64,000 nucleotides of DNA from the NCBI GenBank assembly GCA_016839585.1, contig JAEOTZ010000026.1, forward strand, positions 19,143 to 83,142, read 5' to 3'. Position 1 is the stretch's first letter. The number at the start of each line of letters is the position of its first letter. Below, one piece after another: positions 38,285 through 48,213 of this stretch. Source of the DNA: Promethearchaeota archaeon. Its GTDB lineage: Archaea; Asgardarchaeota; Lokiarchaeia; Sigyniarchaeales; SOKP01. The notes beneath the pieces are model-generated. The model was not told where the DNA came from. It searched no databases and was given only the letters and a program-made list of their open reading frames with translations. The position numbers and the translations under genes were made by a program.

Positions 38285-38923
38285 TTACTGATGACCTTCT
38301 AATACCCATTTGACAGCTCTTTTTATTATTGTTTGCAATTTTTCTTCTTTTAATGATTTTGGTTTATGTCCTAACGCACAGAAGAAAATTCTTCCTTTTC
38401 CATAAGTTTTTGTCCATACTATAGGTTCAGGTTTAGGATGAGTCTCATCATGATAATCAGCTTCTGCTAAAATATGAACATCTTTACCCGTTGATAAATC
38501 ATGCCGATATAACTCATCTTTAAATATAAAATCTTCTAAACCTTGAGTTATTGGATGATTTTTATCAACTATTTTAATATCAAAATCTCTAACTTTTTTA
38601 TAACCAATAAATCGTCCCCCAAGCATTTCATAATATTTCGGAAGAGATTTAAAAGAAGCAGATGCTCCATGGATTCCTACGAATCCTTTTCCACTCGCAA
38701 CAAAATCTAGCAAATTTTTCTCTTGTTCTTCAGTAAATTCATCAAACGGAGTAAAAAATATAGTTGTATCATACTCAAAAAAGTCTCTATCACTAAAAAT
38801 TTTGGCATCTTCATATTTATCAACAATATAATCGCATAAGATATTTTTAAAAGAAGCATAAATCTTATCTCTAAATAAATATCTACTTCTTTGGAAAAGC
38901 AAAATTCTCTTTATGATTTTCAT
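38285..38923 (-). CDS. ThuA-like domain protein
   Basis: GKGFVGIHGA, HPITQGL, DELY, YGKGRIFFCALGH. Confidence 0.88.
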   Translation of the reverse strand: MKIIKRILLFQRSRYLFRDKIYASFKNILCDYIVDKYEDAKIFSDRDFFEYDTTIFFTPFDEFTEEQEKNLLDFVASGKGFVGIHGASASFKSLPKYYEMLGGRFIGYKKVRDFDIKIVDKNHPITQGLEDFIFKDELYRHDLSTGKDVHILAEADYHDETHPKPEPIVWTKTYGKGRIFFCALGHKPKSLKEEKLQTIIKRAVKWVLEGHQ

Positions 38924-39008
38924 AGATCATCATAAGAAAAAATGAAAAGTTCTTTATTAAGGGTTCTCTCTTCTTAATGGAAAATTAGCAACTTTAAATT
39001 TGATAAAT

Positions 39009-39932
39009 ATGCCTGTTAAAAACGTTGATGATTCTCTTTATCATATCGATTTAAAACAACCAAGAGCAGGTTTTAGGAATTTCATAAGTACATGGGTTTA
39101 TAAGGATAAGAATTTGTGCTTCATAGTAGATCCAGGTCCAATGTCAACAATATATTTTTTAAAGGAAAAGTTAGAATCCATTGGGGTCACTAAAGAGAAT
39201 CTGAATTACATTCTTTTAACTCATATTCACATTGATCATGCAGGAGGAACAGGAAAACTCCTTTCCTTTTTCCCAAGAGCTCAGGTTATATGTCATCGAC
39301 GAGGTATGAAACATCTTATTAACCCCGAGAATTTATGGAATGCTAGTAAGAAAGTGTTAGGTAAAGTAGCAGATATGTATGGTGAAATTGTGCCGGTGCC
39401 AGAAAATAAAATAACATTTCAGGAAGAAATTGGGAGACAAGAAATAAAAGCAATCGAAACAATAGGACATGCATCACATCATCTTTGTTACCTCTTTCAG
39501 GGATATCTATTTATTGGAGATGCTGCAGGCGTTCACTTTCCCATACAAAATAAATTCTACATTCGACCAGCAACTCCACCCATCTTTAATTATGATATTG
39601 CTATAGCCTCACTTGACAAACTACTTTCATTAAATTTAACAGATTTTAAGATTTGTTATGCCCATTATGGAATTAGAAATAATGCAAAGAAAATGCTTAA
39701 GATTGCGAAAGAACAATTAAAAATATGGAAACAAGTTATCGAGAGTACATTAAGTGATTCCAGACAATTGGATTTTGAAGATCATGTAATTAAAGAATTA
39801 ATGAAAAAAGATATTTATTTTGCTAATGTAATCCTATTTGATGAAGAAATTAAGAAAAGAGAAAAAATGTTTATATCAAATAGCATAAAAGGAATAAAGG
39901 AATATATTCAAAAATCTCTTAAAGAAGAATAA
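39009..39932 (+). CDS. MBL-fold metallo-hydrolase
   Basis: VDPGP, THIHIDHAGG, GHASHH, GDAAG, AHYG. Confidence 0.92.
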   Translation: MPVKNVDDSLYHIDLKQPRAGFRNFISTWVYKDKNLCFIVDPGPMSTIYFLKEKLESIGVTKENLNYILLTHIHIDHAGGTGKLLSFFPRAQVICHRRGMKHLINPENLWNASKKVLGKVADMYGEIVPVPENKITFQEEIGRQEIKAIETIGHASHHLCYLFQGYLFIGDAAGVHFPIQNKFYIRPATPPIFNYDIAIASLDKLLSLNLTDFKICYAHYGIRNNAKKMLKIAKEQLKIWKQVIESTLSDSRQLDFEDHVIKELMKKDIYFANVILFDEEIKKREKMFISNSIKGIKEYIQKSLKEE

Positions 39933-40057
39933 TTTTAACTTTTATGGCTTTTCACAAAAATATAAGATTTAAATATTAAAAAATTAAAAAGAAATAACTA
40001 TTTTATAAATATTGAACTTCTGTTCTTAAGTTTACTAATTTATCAGGAATGTAGATT

Positions 40058-40864
40058 TTAAGATTTTAGGAATTCCTCACGAAGATTTCCCTCTTCATCA
40101 AAAAATTTATATTTTCGTTTTCCAGCAGTCATAAATTTATACGTAGCCTTACTAAATTTGAGAAATCTAATATGTTTATTGGTTCCTTTAATTTTTCTCA
40201 TTCGAGGAACAAGGAACTTAACAACAGTTTCAGAGAGCTCAGCCAAAATATTAAATATTTTTACCGCTTCAGGTGGAACATCTTGAGCCAAAAGATCTGT
40301 TATAACCATACCGGGATTAATTGTATGAATACCAATCATAGTTCCCTCTGCTTCTTTACTTAAGGTTTTCGTTAATTGAGGAATTGCTGCTTTTGTAGAT
40401 CCATAAGCCAAAGCCATAGGGGTAACTCGCCCCTGTGAACCATATCCCTCTATATTGAATATTTTACCATGATTTTGAGGGACCATTAGCTTAAGCGCTG
40501 CTTTACATCCATAAATAGTGCCCAATAAGTTAGTATTTACTACTTCCTTTAAAGCATCAGGGTCAAAATCTACCAGATTTGCATTGATATAAGCATTAGT
40601 TCCAGCATTATTGACCCAAATATCAATTGGTTTAAAAAATTCTTGAGAAAATTCTGCTAATTTTTCAACATCCTCATAAATGGTTACATCACAGGTAATA
40701 CCATTGATCTTATTGTTAGGAAATAACTCCTTTAATTTTTGAATAGCATTTCTGACTCGTTCTTCATTGCGAGAAGAAACGATTACATTATCACCATGAT
40801 TTAAAAATTCTTTTGCTAAAGCAAATCCTATACCTTTCGTACTCCCTGTTATTACAATATTCAA
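40058..40864 (-). CDS. Short-chain dehydrogenase/reductase
   Basis: TGSTKGIG, WVNNAG, YGSTK, PGMVITDL. Confidence 0.93.
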   Translation of the reverse strand: MNIVITGSTKGIGFALAKEFLNHGDNVIVSSRNEERVRNAIQKLKELFPNNKINGITCDVTIYEDVEKLAEFSQEFFKPIDIWVNNAGTNAYINANLVDFDPDALKEVVNTNLLGTIYGCKAALKLMVPQNHGKIFNIEGYGSQGRVTPMALAYGSTKAAIPQLTKTLSKEAEGTMIGIHTINPGMVITDLLAQDVPPEAVKIFNILAELSETVVKFLVPRMRKIKGTNKHIRFLKFSKATYKFMTAGKRKYKFFDEEGNLREEFLKS

Positions 40865-41027
40865 CTTAATTCTCCTACTTCCATTTTATAGAACAAAATT
40901 ATTAATAGTATAGAAAGTTTATTAAAACCTTAAAGTAATAATTTTCTCCAATAACAATTAGCCTTATAAATTCTAATATAATTTCTTCAAATATACATCT
41001 ATATTTAAAAAAAAGTGAAATGATATT

Positions 41028-41909
41028 ATGACTGCAAATAGAACACCAGGAAAAGTTAATGAAGATACAACATTAATTGACGCTGAGATGATGGGAATTC
41101 CAGGAATAATGTCTATATATCTTATAGAAGCAGGAAAGAAATGCTTAATAGATTCAGGAACTCATATTGAAGCACGTAAGACTTTTAAAAAGTTAAAAGA
41201 GCTGAATTTTTTCCCACCTGATATAATTATTATTACTCATTCCCATTGGGATCATGTTCAAGCGATTCCTTTTCTAAGCCAGAGAGCTAAGAAGTTAGGA
41301 AAAAAAATAGAAATATATGCATCTGAAGCAGCAATTCCCAACTTAAGGGATCAATCCTTTAACAACGTTTTTGAAACTGGTCCTTTCAATAATATCGAAG
41401 AAGATATTATAACTCTTAAAGAAGGTGATACTGTCGATTTAGATGGTTTAATATTGAAAATTTTTGAGACACCAGGTCATATGAATGATGATATTTCCAT
41501 TCTTGATGAAAAAAATAAAAATTTGTTCGTAGGAGACATACTTGGGATGAAAGTTGCAGACAATGTATTCGTCCCTCCATTTATGCCCCCTAAATGCAAT
41601 CCTGAGGCTTATTTTAAAACAATCGATAAACTTAAAAAAATTGATTATGAGACCATTAGTTTACATCATTTTGGATACATTTATGATGAGGAGGCTAGAA
41701 GTATTCTTGATGAATCTATAGCAAATAATGAGCTATATTGGAAAGCATATGAGGAGAATACAGATCATTTGGATGACATTCCTTATTTAATTGAAAATGT
41801 TATGGAAAAATTAATACCTAAATCCACTCTTGAAAATTATCCTGAAATGTTAGTTACAGGAGTTACATATTGGCTTTCCCAAGGTTTTAAAATCTACAAG
41901 GGTTTATAA
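41028..41909 (+). CDS. MBL-fold metallo-hydrolase
   Basis: IDSG, THSHWDH, TPGH, VGD, HFG. Confidence 0.9.
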   Translation: MTANRTPGKVNEDTTLIDAEMMGIPGIMSIYLIEAGKKCLIDSGTHIEARKTFKKLKELNFFPPDIIIITHSHWDHVQAIPFLSQRAKKLGKKIEIYASEAAIPNLRDQSFNNVFETGPFNNIEEDIITLKEGDTVDLDGLILKIFETPGHMNDDISILDEKNKNLFVGDILGMKVADNVFVPPFMPPKCNPEAYFKTIDKLKKIDYETISLHHFGYIYDEEARSILDESIANNELYWKAYEENTDHLDDIPYLIENVMEKLIPKSTLENYPEMLVTGVTYWLSQGFKIYKGL

Positions 41910-41964
41910 AAAAATTTTTTTCTATATTATTATTTTTCAATTTACTTTTTTACTTCAGATATAT

Positions 41965-42441
41965 TCACCAACAGCTAGGATCAAAATATTCCTTGTATTT
42001 TTTTAGCCAACTACATAAGGTATATTTAGAGTAATCCTCGGTAATTTCTTCTCCTGGTTGAATATCTTTTAAAGCTAGAGAACAAAATATGTTTTCATCT
42101 TTCGGGGGTCCAGAATTCGAATTAACCGAATGGTTTACAAATCTTGAATTATCTAAGCATAAAACCAGTGCATCAAGATCTCTCTCATAATAGGAATATG
42201 TGAGCAATATTTTCATAAATCTATCCATTAAAGGTGATTTAATAGAATTATCAAGAGTTAGAAATTGATTTTTTGCGATTATTAAAACATCCTCTGGACG
42301 AGCATACCACCATAATGTACCTTTCAGAATTAATTTCTTGGCAAATAATCCTATTCCATGAATTTTACTTGGTCTTACTTCAGTATATTCATCAATTGGA
42401 TTAATTGTAGTAATATTATAAATCGAATGTGTATTTATCAT
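41965..42441 (-). CDS. SET-domain protein (putative protein-lysine methyltransferase)
   Basis: SKIHGIGLFA, RFVNHS, ALKDIQPGEEITEDY. Confidence 0.9.
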   Translation of the reverse strand: MINTHSIYNITTINPIDEYTEVRPSKIHGIGLFAKKLILKGTLWWYARPEDVLIIAKNQFLTLDNSIKSPLMDRFMKILLTYSYYERDLDALVLCLDNSRFVNHSVNSNSGPPKDENIFCSLALKDIQPGEEITEDYSKYTLCSWLKKYKEYFDPSCW

Positions 42442-42646
42442 TAATTACACTTACATTTAAAAAATGATCCTTATTTTGAATTAATAACTAATTTTTTCTA
42501 TTTTAAATTTATTTTTTATTTTTAATAAGGTAATTAACTAGTAAAAAAATTAAATAAATTAATAAAATCAATAATTATCCTTATAAATTCTAATATCATC
42601 TTTTTAACTACTAATCTATATTTGAAAGAAAAATAGAAGGATAAAA

Positions 42647-43696
42647 ATGGAAATAGATGACGAAAGATTCTCAGAAGAAGATAATTTATGGGAAGAATAT
42701 AAAATTCCATTAACTTATGACCAGGAACATATGACAAAGTGGTTTAATGAAGAAAGAGGAGGCGTAAAAGGAAGAGCAGATGTCTTTTATCTCATGTTTG
42801 GAATTACATATAATTGCCAACTTAAATGTCCACATTGTTGTGTCGGTAATTATGAAAATGAGCCAAATAGAGAGTTATCAACCGATGAAATTAAGGATGT
42901 GTTGGATCAATCAGCTAAGGCATTTGTAGTTAACTTTTTTGGTGGTGAGCCAACCATGAGGTCAGATATAATGGAATTAATAAAATATGCTTCAGAGAGA
43001 TCAGTATATGTGTTCTGTGATACAAATGGGTTAAAAATCACGAGAGCCTATGCGAATCAATTAAAAGAAAGCGGATTAGAAATGCTATATGTGAGTATAG
43101 ATAGCCCTATCCCAGAAAAGCATGATGAATTACGAGGTGAGAAGGGAACTTTTGAGAAAGCTGTACAAGGTATAAAAAATGCACTTGATGCAAGATTAAA
43201 GTGTACTCTATCAACTTATATCACAAAAGAAAATCTGACTAATGGTGAGTTTAAAAGAGTTATCCAATTAGCAAAAGATCTAGGAGCTAATGGAGTAAGA
43301 TATTTGCTACCTACACCCGCGGGAAGATGGTTATATAATCCTGAAGTAGCATTAAGTCACGAAGAAGAGCGAAAAGTTAGAAAAATTGTAGATTTCCCTT
43401 ATGTTTGTCGTGATTTCTATTTTCAAACCCAAAGTTCAAGTCAATGCAGGGGCGTAGCAGATGGATTGTATTTTTATATTTCTCCTTATGGGGATGTGCA
43501 GCCTTGTTGCTTTATGCCCCTTACATTCGGAAATATCAGGGAAGAACCTCTGAAATCAATTTTAGATAGAATGTGGGACAATCCAATGTTTAGTGAAGAA
43601 TGGGTGAGAAAAGAATGCCCTATGTTAAATAAGGATTTTAGAAAAAAATACATAGATACAATTCCTTCTAATGCAAAATTACCATTTAAAATGTAA
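42647..43696 (+). CDS. Radical SAM protein with SPASM/twitch domain
   Basis: CQLKCPHC, GGEP, TNG, VSID, CRG...GDVQPCC...GNI...CP. Confidence 0.93.
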   Translation: MEIDDERFSEEDNLWEEYKIPLTYDQEHMTKWFNEERGGVKGRADVFYLMFGITYNCQLKCPHCCVGNYENEPNRELSTDEIKDVLDQSAKAFVVNFFGGEPTMRSDIMELIKYASERSVYVFCDTNGLKITRAYANQLKESGLEMLYVSIDSPIPEKHDELRGEKGTFEKAVQGIKNALDARLKCTLSTYITKENLTNGEFKRVIQLAKDLGANGVRYLLPTPAGRWLYNPEVALSHEEERKVRKIVDFPYVCRDFYFQTQSSSQCRGVADGLYFYISPYGDVQPCCFMPLTFGNIREEPLKSILDRMWDNPMFSEEWVRKECPMLNKDFRKKYIDTIPSNAKLPFKM

Positions 43697-43819
43697 TTTC
43701 TTTTTTTATTATTTAAGGAATTATTTAATAAGATTATAAAACTTAAATTATAACTTATCCTATTTATCAATACTCAGAAATCTAATTTTTAAAAAATTAA
43801 ATCAATATGAGGTGATTTT

Positions 43820-44146
43820 ATGGTCATTATAGTAACAACTTCTAATGTTCCATATGGTAAAGAAAAAGAACTTGCTGAAAAATATCTTGAGGTTTTGAAA
43901 AAATACCCTCTCGATAGATCGTTAGAGAAGCCACTTCTCCGTTTGGGAGCAAAAGCTACTGAGAAAGGAATTGAAGTAATTTCCATAACAGAAGCTAAAG
44001 AAGGAAAATATGAAGAATTAATTAAACGTATTACTAATATGAATCTTGCATACTCAGACGTCCCAGGCTACTATTACAAAATAGAAACATATCTCTCAGG
44101 AGCAGAAGCGCTACCTATGATCGGGTTATCGATGCCTGAAGAATAA
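43820..44146 (+). CDS. Conserved hypothetical protein (paralog of 56846..57169)
   Basis: GAGGTGA ribosome-binding site; shares P.GK..E.A.K..E...KYP.D.S..K, KAT..G and TYL...EA with its paralog. Confidence 0.85.
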   Translation: MVIIVTTSNVPYGKEKELAEKYLEVLKKYPLDRSLEKPLLRLGAKATEKGIEVISITEAKEGKYEELIKRITNMNLAYSDVPGYYYKIETYLSGAEALPMIGLSMPEE

Positions 44147-44193
44147 CTAAATAAGATAATTTTTAAAATTTAAAAATAAAATTTTTTTTCAAA

Positions 44194-45360
44194 TTAATCA
44201 TTTTGTCTTGGCACAATCGCAGAATCTGAAGTAACTTCTTTTTGGAGCATTTTGAAAGCATTTTTAGAGGTGGAGAAAGTTTTTGCATTATAATTTTTAA
44301 CCAAATCAATGAGTTCTTCGTCAAAAACACGCACAAATACTTCAATTTGAGGGTAGCGTAAGTTAAGTTTAGATGTTAAATAGAGTAATTCATCGAATTC
44401 AGACTCGCGTTTCCAACAAATAAATATTTGAGTCACTTCTTTTAAATTCATATGAGTACGTAAATCACTTAGAAAGCAAACAAACTCATTTATTATATGT
44501 AATTGTTCATTTACTTCAAACTCGATGCCATCATGCTCATCATCAAAAAGAAAAACTTCACGTCCTGGTTGTTGAGAAAGATGGTAAGCAATTCGATGAG
44601 TTAGGCTGTCACGTCCAATTACAATGACATTACCAGTTTTACCAGTTGTCCATTTTTGGATGCCTTTCATCGCCCACTTTGATGTGGAAAATGAGAATGC
44701 GTTAAAAGCTTGTTTAAGATACACCTGTACATGATCTTCAAATGCACGAACATAAATTTGACATTCTGGATTCATTTTACGAATTTTTTCCGTACAAATT
44801 ATTGCTACTCTAAAATCCCCAACATTAATGAATACTTCTTTAGCTCTTTTTATATTTGCAAAAGTAAGGTTAGTTGGCTCGGTCGGATCTCCAATAACTA
44901 TTGGATAACCTGCATTGATTAAATCTTCTACTAATTCTTCATTATCTTCGATAAGACAGAAAGGTTCGTTATTTTTGACACAATATTCAATAATTCTTTC
45001 CGAAAGATGATGATGTCCAATAATTACTGTATGATTGCGTTTATGACTAGCAAGAATTCTACTGGTAATTATTGGATTAAATTTTTCCAATAATTCTCCA
45101 ATGATAAATCCAAAGACAATTACTTCCAATAAAATGGGCCATAATAGAGAATAGAGATTACCAAAATCTCCAGCAGGCTCGGGACTTCGTACAGTCCATG
45201 AAAATAAAAATATTTCCCATAAATTGTAATCGGGTTCTATAATAAGAAAAGTAAGAAAACCACCAAACCAAAATAAAAAGAGAAATAGAAATGCTAATTT
45301 GTATTGCTTAAGTTTAAGATAAATTTCAATAAAAAAATTCAGGATATTCATAACATACAA
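44194..45360 (-). CDS. 2-TM channel-like protein with two RCK/TrkA-N domains
   Basis: TM-pore helix-TM layout, NHTVIIG, IVIGDPTEPTNL..ANIKRAK, IYVRA, second NVIVIG domain. Confidence 0.8.
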   Translation of the reverse strand: MYVMNILNFFIEIYLKLKQYKLAFLFLFLFWFGGFLTFLIIEPDYNLWEIFLFSWTVRSPEPAGDFGNLYSLLWPILLEVIVFGFIIGELLEKFNPIITSRILASHKRNHTVIIGHHHLSERIIEYCVKNNEPFCLIEDNEELVEDLINAGYPIVIGDPTEPTNLTFANIKRAKEVFINVGDFRVAIICTEKIRKMNPECQIYVRAFEDHVQVYLKQAFNAFSFSTSKWAMKGIQKWTTGKTGNVIVIGRDSLTHRIAYHLSQQPGREVFLFDDEHDGIEFEVNEQLHIINEFVCFLSDLRTHMNLKEVTQIFICWKRESEFDELLYLTSKLNLRYPQIEVFVRVFDEELIDLVKNYNAKTFSTSKNAFKMLQKEVTSDSAIVPRQND

Positions 45361-45521
45361 TAAAACACTCCAATATAAAAAAAATTTGATCTAATGAGGA
45401 TAATTCTCAAGTTCCTTTTGACAAAGTTTTTTATATATAGTTGTCAATTTTTAAATTATTCAAATAATTCAATTTAATTCGCAGAAATCTTTAATGGGAA
45501 TTTTAACTATAGGGTGAATAC

Positions 45522-46754
45522 ATGGTAATTGTAATGATTTGGGACCCCTTAGAGCGCCTTCTTTGGGGAATTGGTGTAGCAATTGCACTGATGTGCGGAG
45601 TATATTTTATATATAAAGGGAGAAAGAGAGAAACATTTAATGAAAGGATGATTATGTTTGGACTAGCAATTCTTCCCCTCAGTTTCGCATTCAGTTTACT
45701 ATTTACTTTTTTTCAAGTTTTTAACGTTCAGGGAACGTTTGTTAACAATATTTTTAGGGGAGATTATAATAATACTATTCCACCTTATGAACTTCTAGGC
45801 AGATTAAGTTACATTTCAATAGGAATTGGAGGTGTATTATTCATATTAGCTTTTGATATAATTATAAAGCGTACTAAATATCTTCTAACAACTACTTTCA
45901 TAATTTTAACAGGAATAGAAATCTGGTCTCCCACCATAGCAATGGCGAAAGTTGTATTTAATTTACCCATATTACTTGGATTATTAATTTTGGTCCCACT
46001 TGTATTATATCTTTATACAAGATGGTCTCATCTTGAGTTTAAGGCTGTTTCTTCCTTCTTATTATTCGGTTTTTTATTATTCATAATGTCATTAAATCTA
46101 GCTAAAAGTGTTCACAAGGAGCTCAATGCATACCCTTTAATCTTGGGCCCACTTTTTTTGATCTTAGGTTGTTGTATCACCATACTTCCAACAATTATTA
46201 ATCCTAAGGTACTTTCTCGAGCTTTAATTTATTGGGTAGGATATGCAATTATTAGTATTCCCTTATTTATAGTTATTTTATATATTGATATTATCAAAGA
46301 TTTAGAAACACCATATATTATTGAATTTGTTGTAGCATTTGTATATGTATACACATTATTCTTTCTTGTTATAAGGGATATACGATCTGAAATTATTTCA
46401 ATAGATCAAGAAACAAAAAAAGAATTACAATCCGATATTTTAGGAATATTCACCAGACCACTGAAAGTTACCGAAGAAGATGTAATGTTTCATAGGGAAC
46501 AGAAAATTTGCTTAGTGTGTAAGGGAAAAATACTAAGAACGATATATCTTTGTCCAGAATGTGATGCGCTCTATTGTAATAAATGTTCAACTACTCTTAG
46601 TACATTAGAAAATGCATGTTGGGCATGTAATACGCCATTTGACCCATCAAAACCCGTGAAACCATATAAAGAAGTGGAAGAAAGATTAAAAACTAAAAAA
46701 TTGAAAAAAATCTCGAAAAAGCCTAAGATTCGTGATATTCTACCTAAGAAATAA
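45522..46754 (+). CDS. ~9-TM membrane protein with C-terminal 8-Cys zinc finger
   Basis: Nine hydrophobic segments, then CLVC-x10-CPEC-x4-CNKC-x10-CWAC. Confidence 0.85.
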   Translation: MVIVMIWDPLERLLWGIGVAIALMCGVYFIYKGRKRETFNERMIMFGLAILPLSFAFSLLFTFFQVFNVQGTFVNNIFRGDYNNTIPPYELLGRLSYISIGIGGVLFILAFDIIIKRTKYLLTTTFIILTGIEIWSPTIAMAKVVFNLPILLGLLILVPLVLYLYTRWSHLEFKAVSSFLLFGFLLFIMSLNLAKSVHKELNAYPLILGPLFLILGCCITILPTIINPKVLSRALIYWVGYAIISIPLFIVILYIDIIKDLETPYIIEFVVAFVYVYTLFFLVIRDIRSEIISIDQETKKELQSDILGIFTRPLKVTEEDVMFHREQKICLVCKGKILRTIYLCPECDALYCNKCSTTLSTLENACWACNTPFDPSKPVKPYKEVEERLKTKKLKKISKKPKIRDILPKK

Positions 46755-46815
46755 TTCGAATTTATCGAAATTTCTAATAATATTTATATTTTAGTACAAA
46801 CTAAGTACAATAGGA

Positions 46816-46839
46816 ACATGCGACAATATTGTCGAATGT
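46816..46839. promoter_or_regulatory. Palindrome ACAT-G-CGACAATATTGTCG-A-ATGT
   Basis: Perfect 14-bp core (46821-46834) extending to 24 bp with one mismatch pair; 21 nt before ATG 46861. Confidence 0.55.
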
Positions 46840-46860
46840 GAGGAAAGAATATATAACAAT

Positions 46861-47280
46861 ATGGATGATCTCGAATCTGATTATGAAACTATAATTAATA
46901 AATTGTCAAATCAAATCACAAAATTATGGAATCAAGTTCAATATTATCAAGTACTTGTCACTCAACAGGAAAATCAAATAGCCAAATTACTAAATGAGAA
47001 CAGCCAATTAAAAGCTCAAATTCAAAACGTATCACTCCAGCCAACTCCACCAACTTACCCAAGCCAGCAATCTTACACCCCTTCAGTGCCTACACAACAA
47101 GCACCCTCTACGATTACTTCTGATGTAGTTACTAGCACGCTAAAAAGAAAGTGCCCTAACTGTGGTGCGATGGGTTTTGCTATTAGAGAAGAGGATGATA
47201 AAACTAAGATTATTAGCTATATTCCAAGACGTATCTATGCAAAAAAGAGAGTTTGTACTAAATGTAGGTTTGAATTTTAA
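46861..47280 (+). CDS. Coiled-coil, Pro/Gln-rich linker and C-terminal zinc-ribbon protein
   Basis: Heptad N-terminus, QPTPPTYPSQQ, CPNC...CTKC. Confidence 0.8.
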   Translation: MDDLESDYETIINKLSNQITKLWNQVQYYQVLVTQQENQIAKLLNENSQLKAQIQNVSLQPTPPTYPSQQSYTPSVPTQQAPSTITSDVVTSTLKRKCPNCGAMGFAIREEDDKTKIISYIPRRIYAKKRVCTKCRFEF

Positions 47281-47328
47281 TTCAGATTCATTACGGTTTC
47301 GTTTACCTATTTGAAAAAGACAAGTTAA

Positions 47329-48123
47329 TTATCCTTTAAGAAATTCAAGTACAATCTCTATAAATTTTTCTGGTTCCTCCATGAATAACATATGGGCACT
47401 ATTCTCAAAATAAATGAGTTTTGCCCCTGATATTTTTTCTGCAAAGATTTCAGCATTTCCAGGGGGTAAAATAATATCTTTTTTTCCATGTAGTATTAAT
47501 GTAGGCACTGTTATGTTTTTTAGTCTCCTATAAGAATTAAATCTCATATTTAGTTGTCGTTTAACAACATTTGGTCCCGTTGGAATTATAAGGATATCGT
47601 CAATTTTCTTGTCTATATACTCAGGATTATTCTTTATAAAATCATCCGCGAACATATGGGGCACCTCCTCTTCTATCAATTTTCTTGTATGCTCTCGCCG
47701 AGACAATTTCATTAAATAACGCAGTGTTTTAGGATTTATTAGAGGTGCTTTTGAACCACCGCAACTTGAAGAACAAAGAATAAGCCTTTCAACTCGCTCT
47801 GGATAATTAAGAACTAACTCTTGAGAGATAAAACCACCCATAGAATGACCTAAAATATGTGCTTTATTGATATCTAAAGCATCCATTAATCCAACTGTAT
47901 CATCAGCCATCATTTTACATGTGAATTCACCCTCCGTTTTATCACTCCGCCCAACGTCTCTATTATCAAATATAATTATTTTAAAACTCTTTGAAAGTTC
48001 TTCTATAAGAGGAGCATCCCACCAGTAAACATTTTCAGATAAACCTTGAATCATTAAAAGTGGAAAACCTTCACCATGGATCTCGTAATATAAATTAAAA
48101 TCATTAACTTTGGCTTTTGGCAT
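47329..48123 (-). CDS. Alpha/beta hydrolase
   Basis: FDNRDVGRS, GHSMGG, HGKKD, SAH. Confidence 0.95.
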   Translation of the reverse strand: MPKAKVNDFNLYYEIHGEGFPLLMIQGLSENVYWWDAPLIEELSKSFKIIIFDNRDVGRSDKTEGEFTCKMMADDTVGLMDALDINKAHILGHSMGGFISQELVLNYPERVERLILCSSSCGGSKAPLINPKTLRYLMKLSRREHTRKLIEEEVPHMFADDFIKNNPEYIDKKIDDILIIPTGPNVVKRQLNMRFNSYRRLKNITVPTLILHGKKDIILPPGNAEIFAEKISGAKLIYFENSAHMLFMEEPEKFIEIVLEFLKG

Positions 48124-48213
48124 GTCTTATCAACCTTCAAACTTACTTCTATTATAATTAAATTACTTTGAGATATATATAATTCTTAATCATAGAATTT
48201 TTTTACTATGGAT

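Noticed and set aside
36961-44146. RiPP biosynthetic cluster around the two radical SAM genes
   Set aside because: No precursor peptide, RRE domain, peptidase or exporter in operon context.
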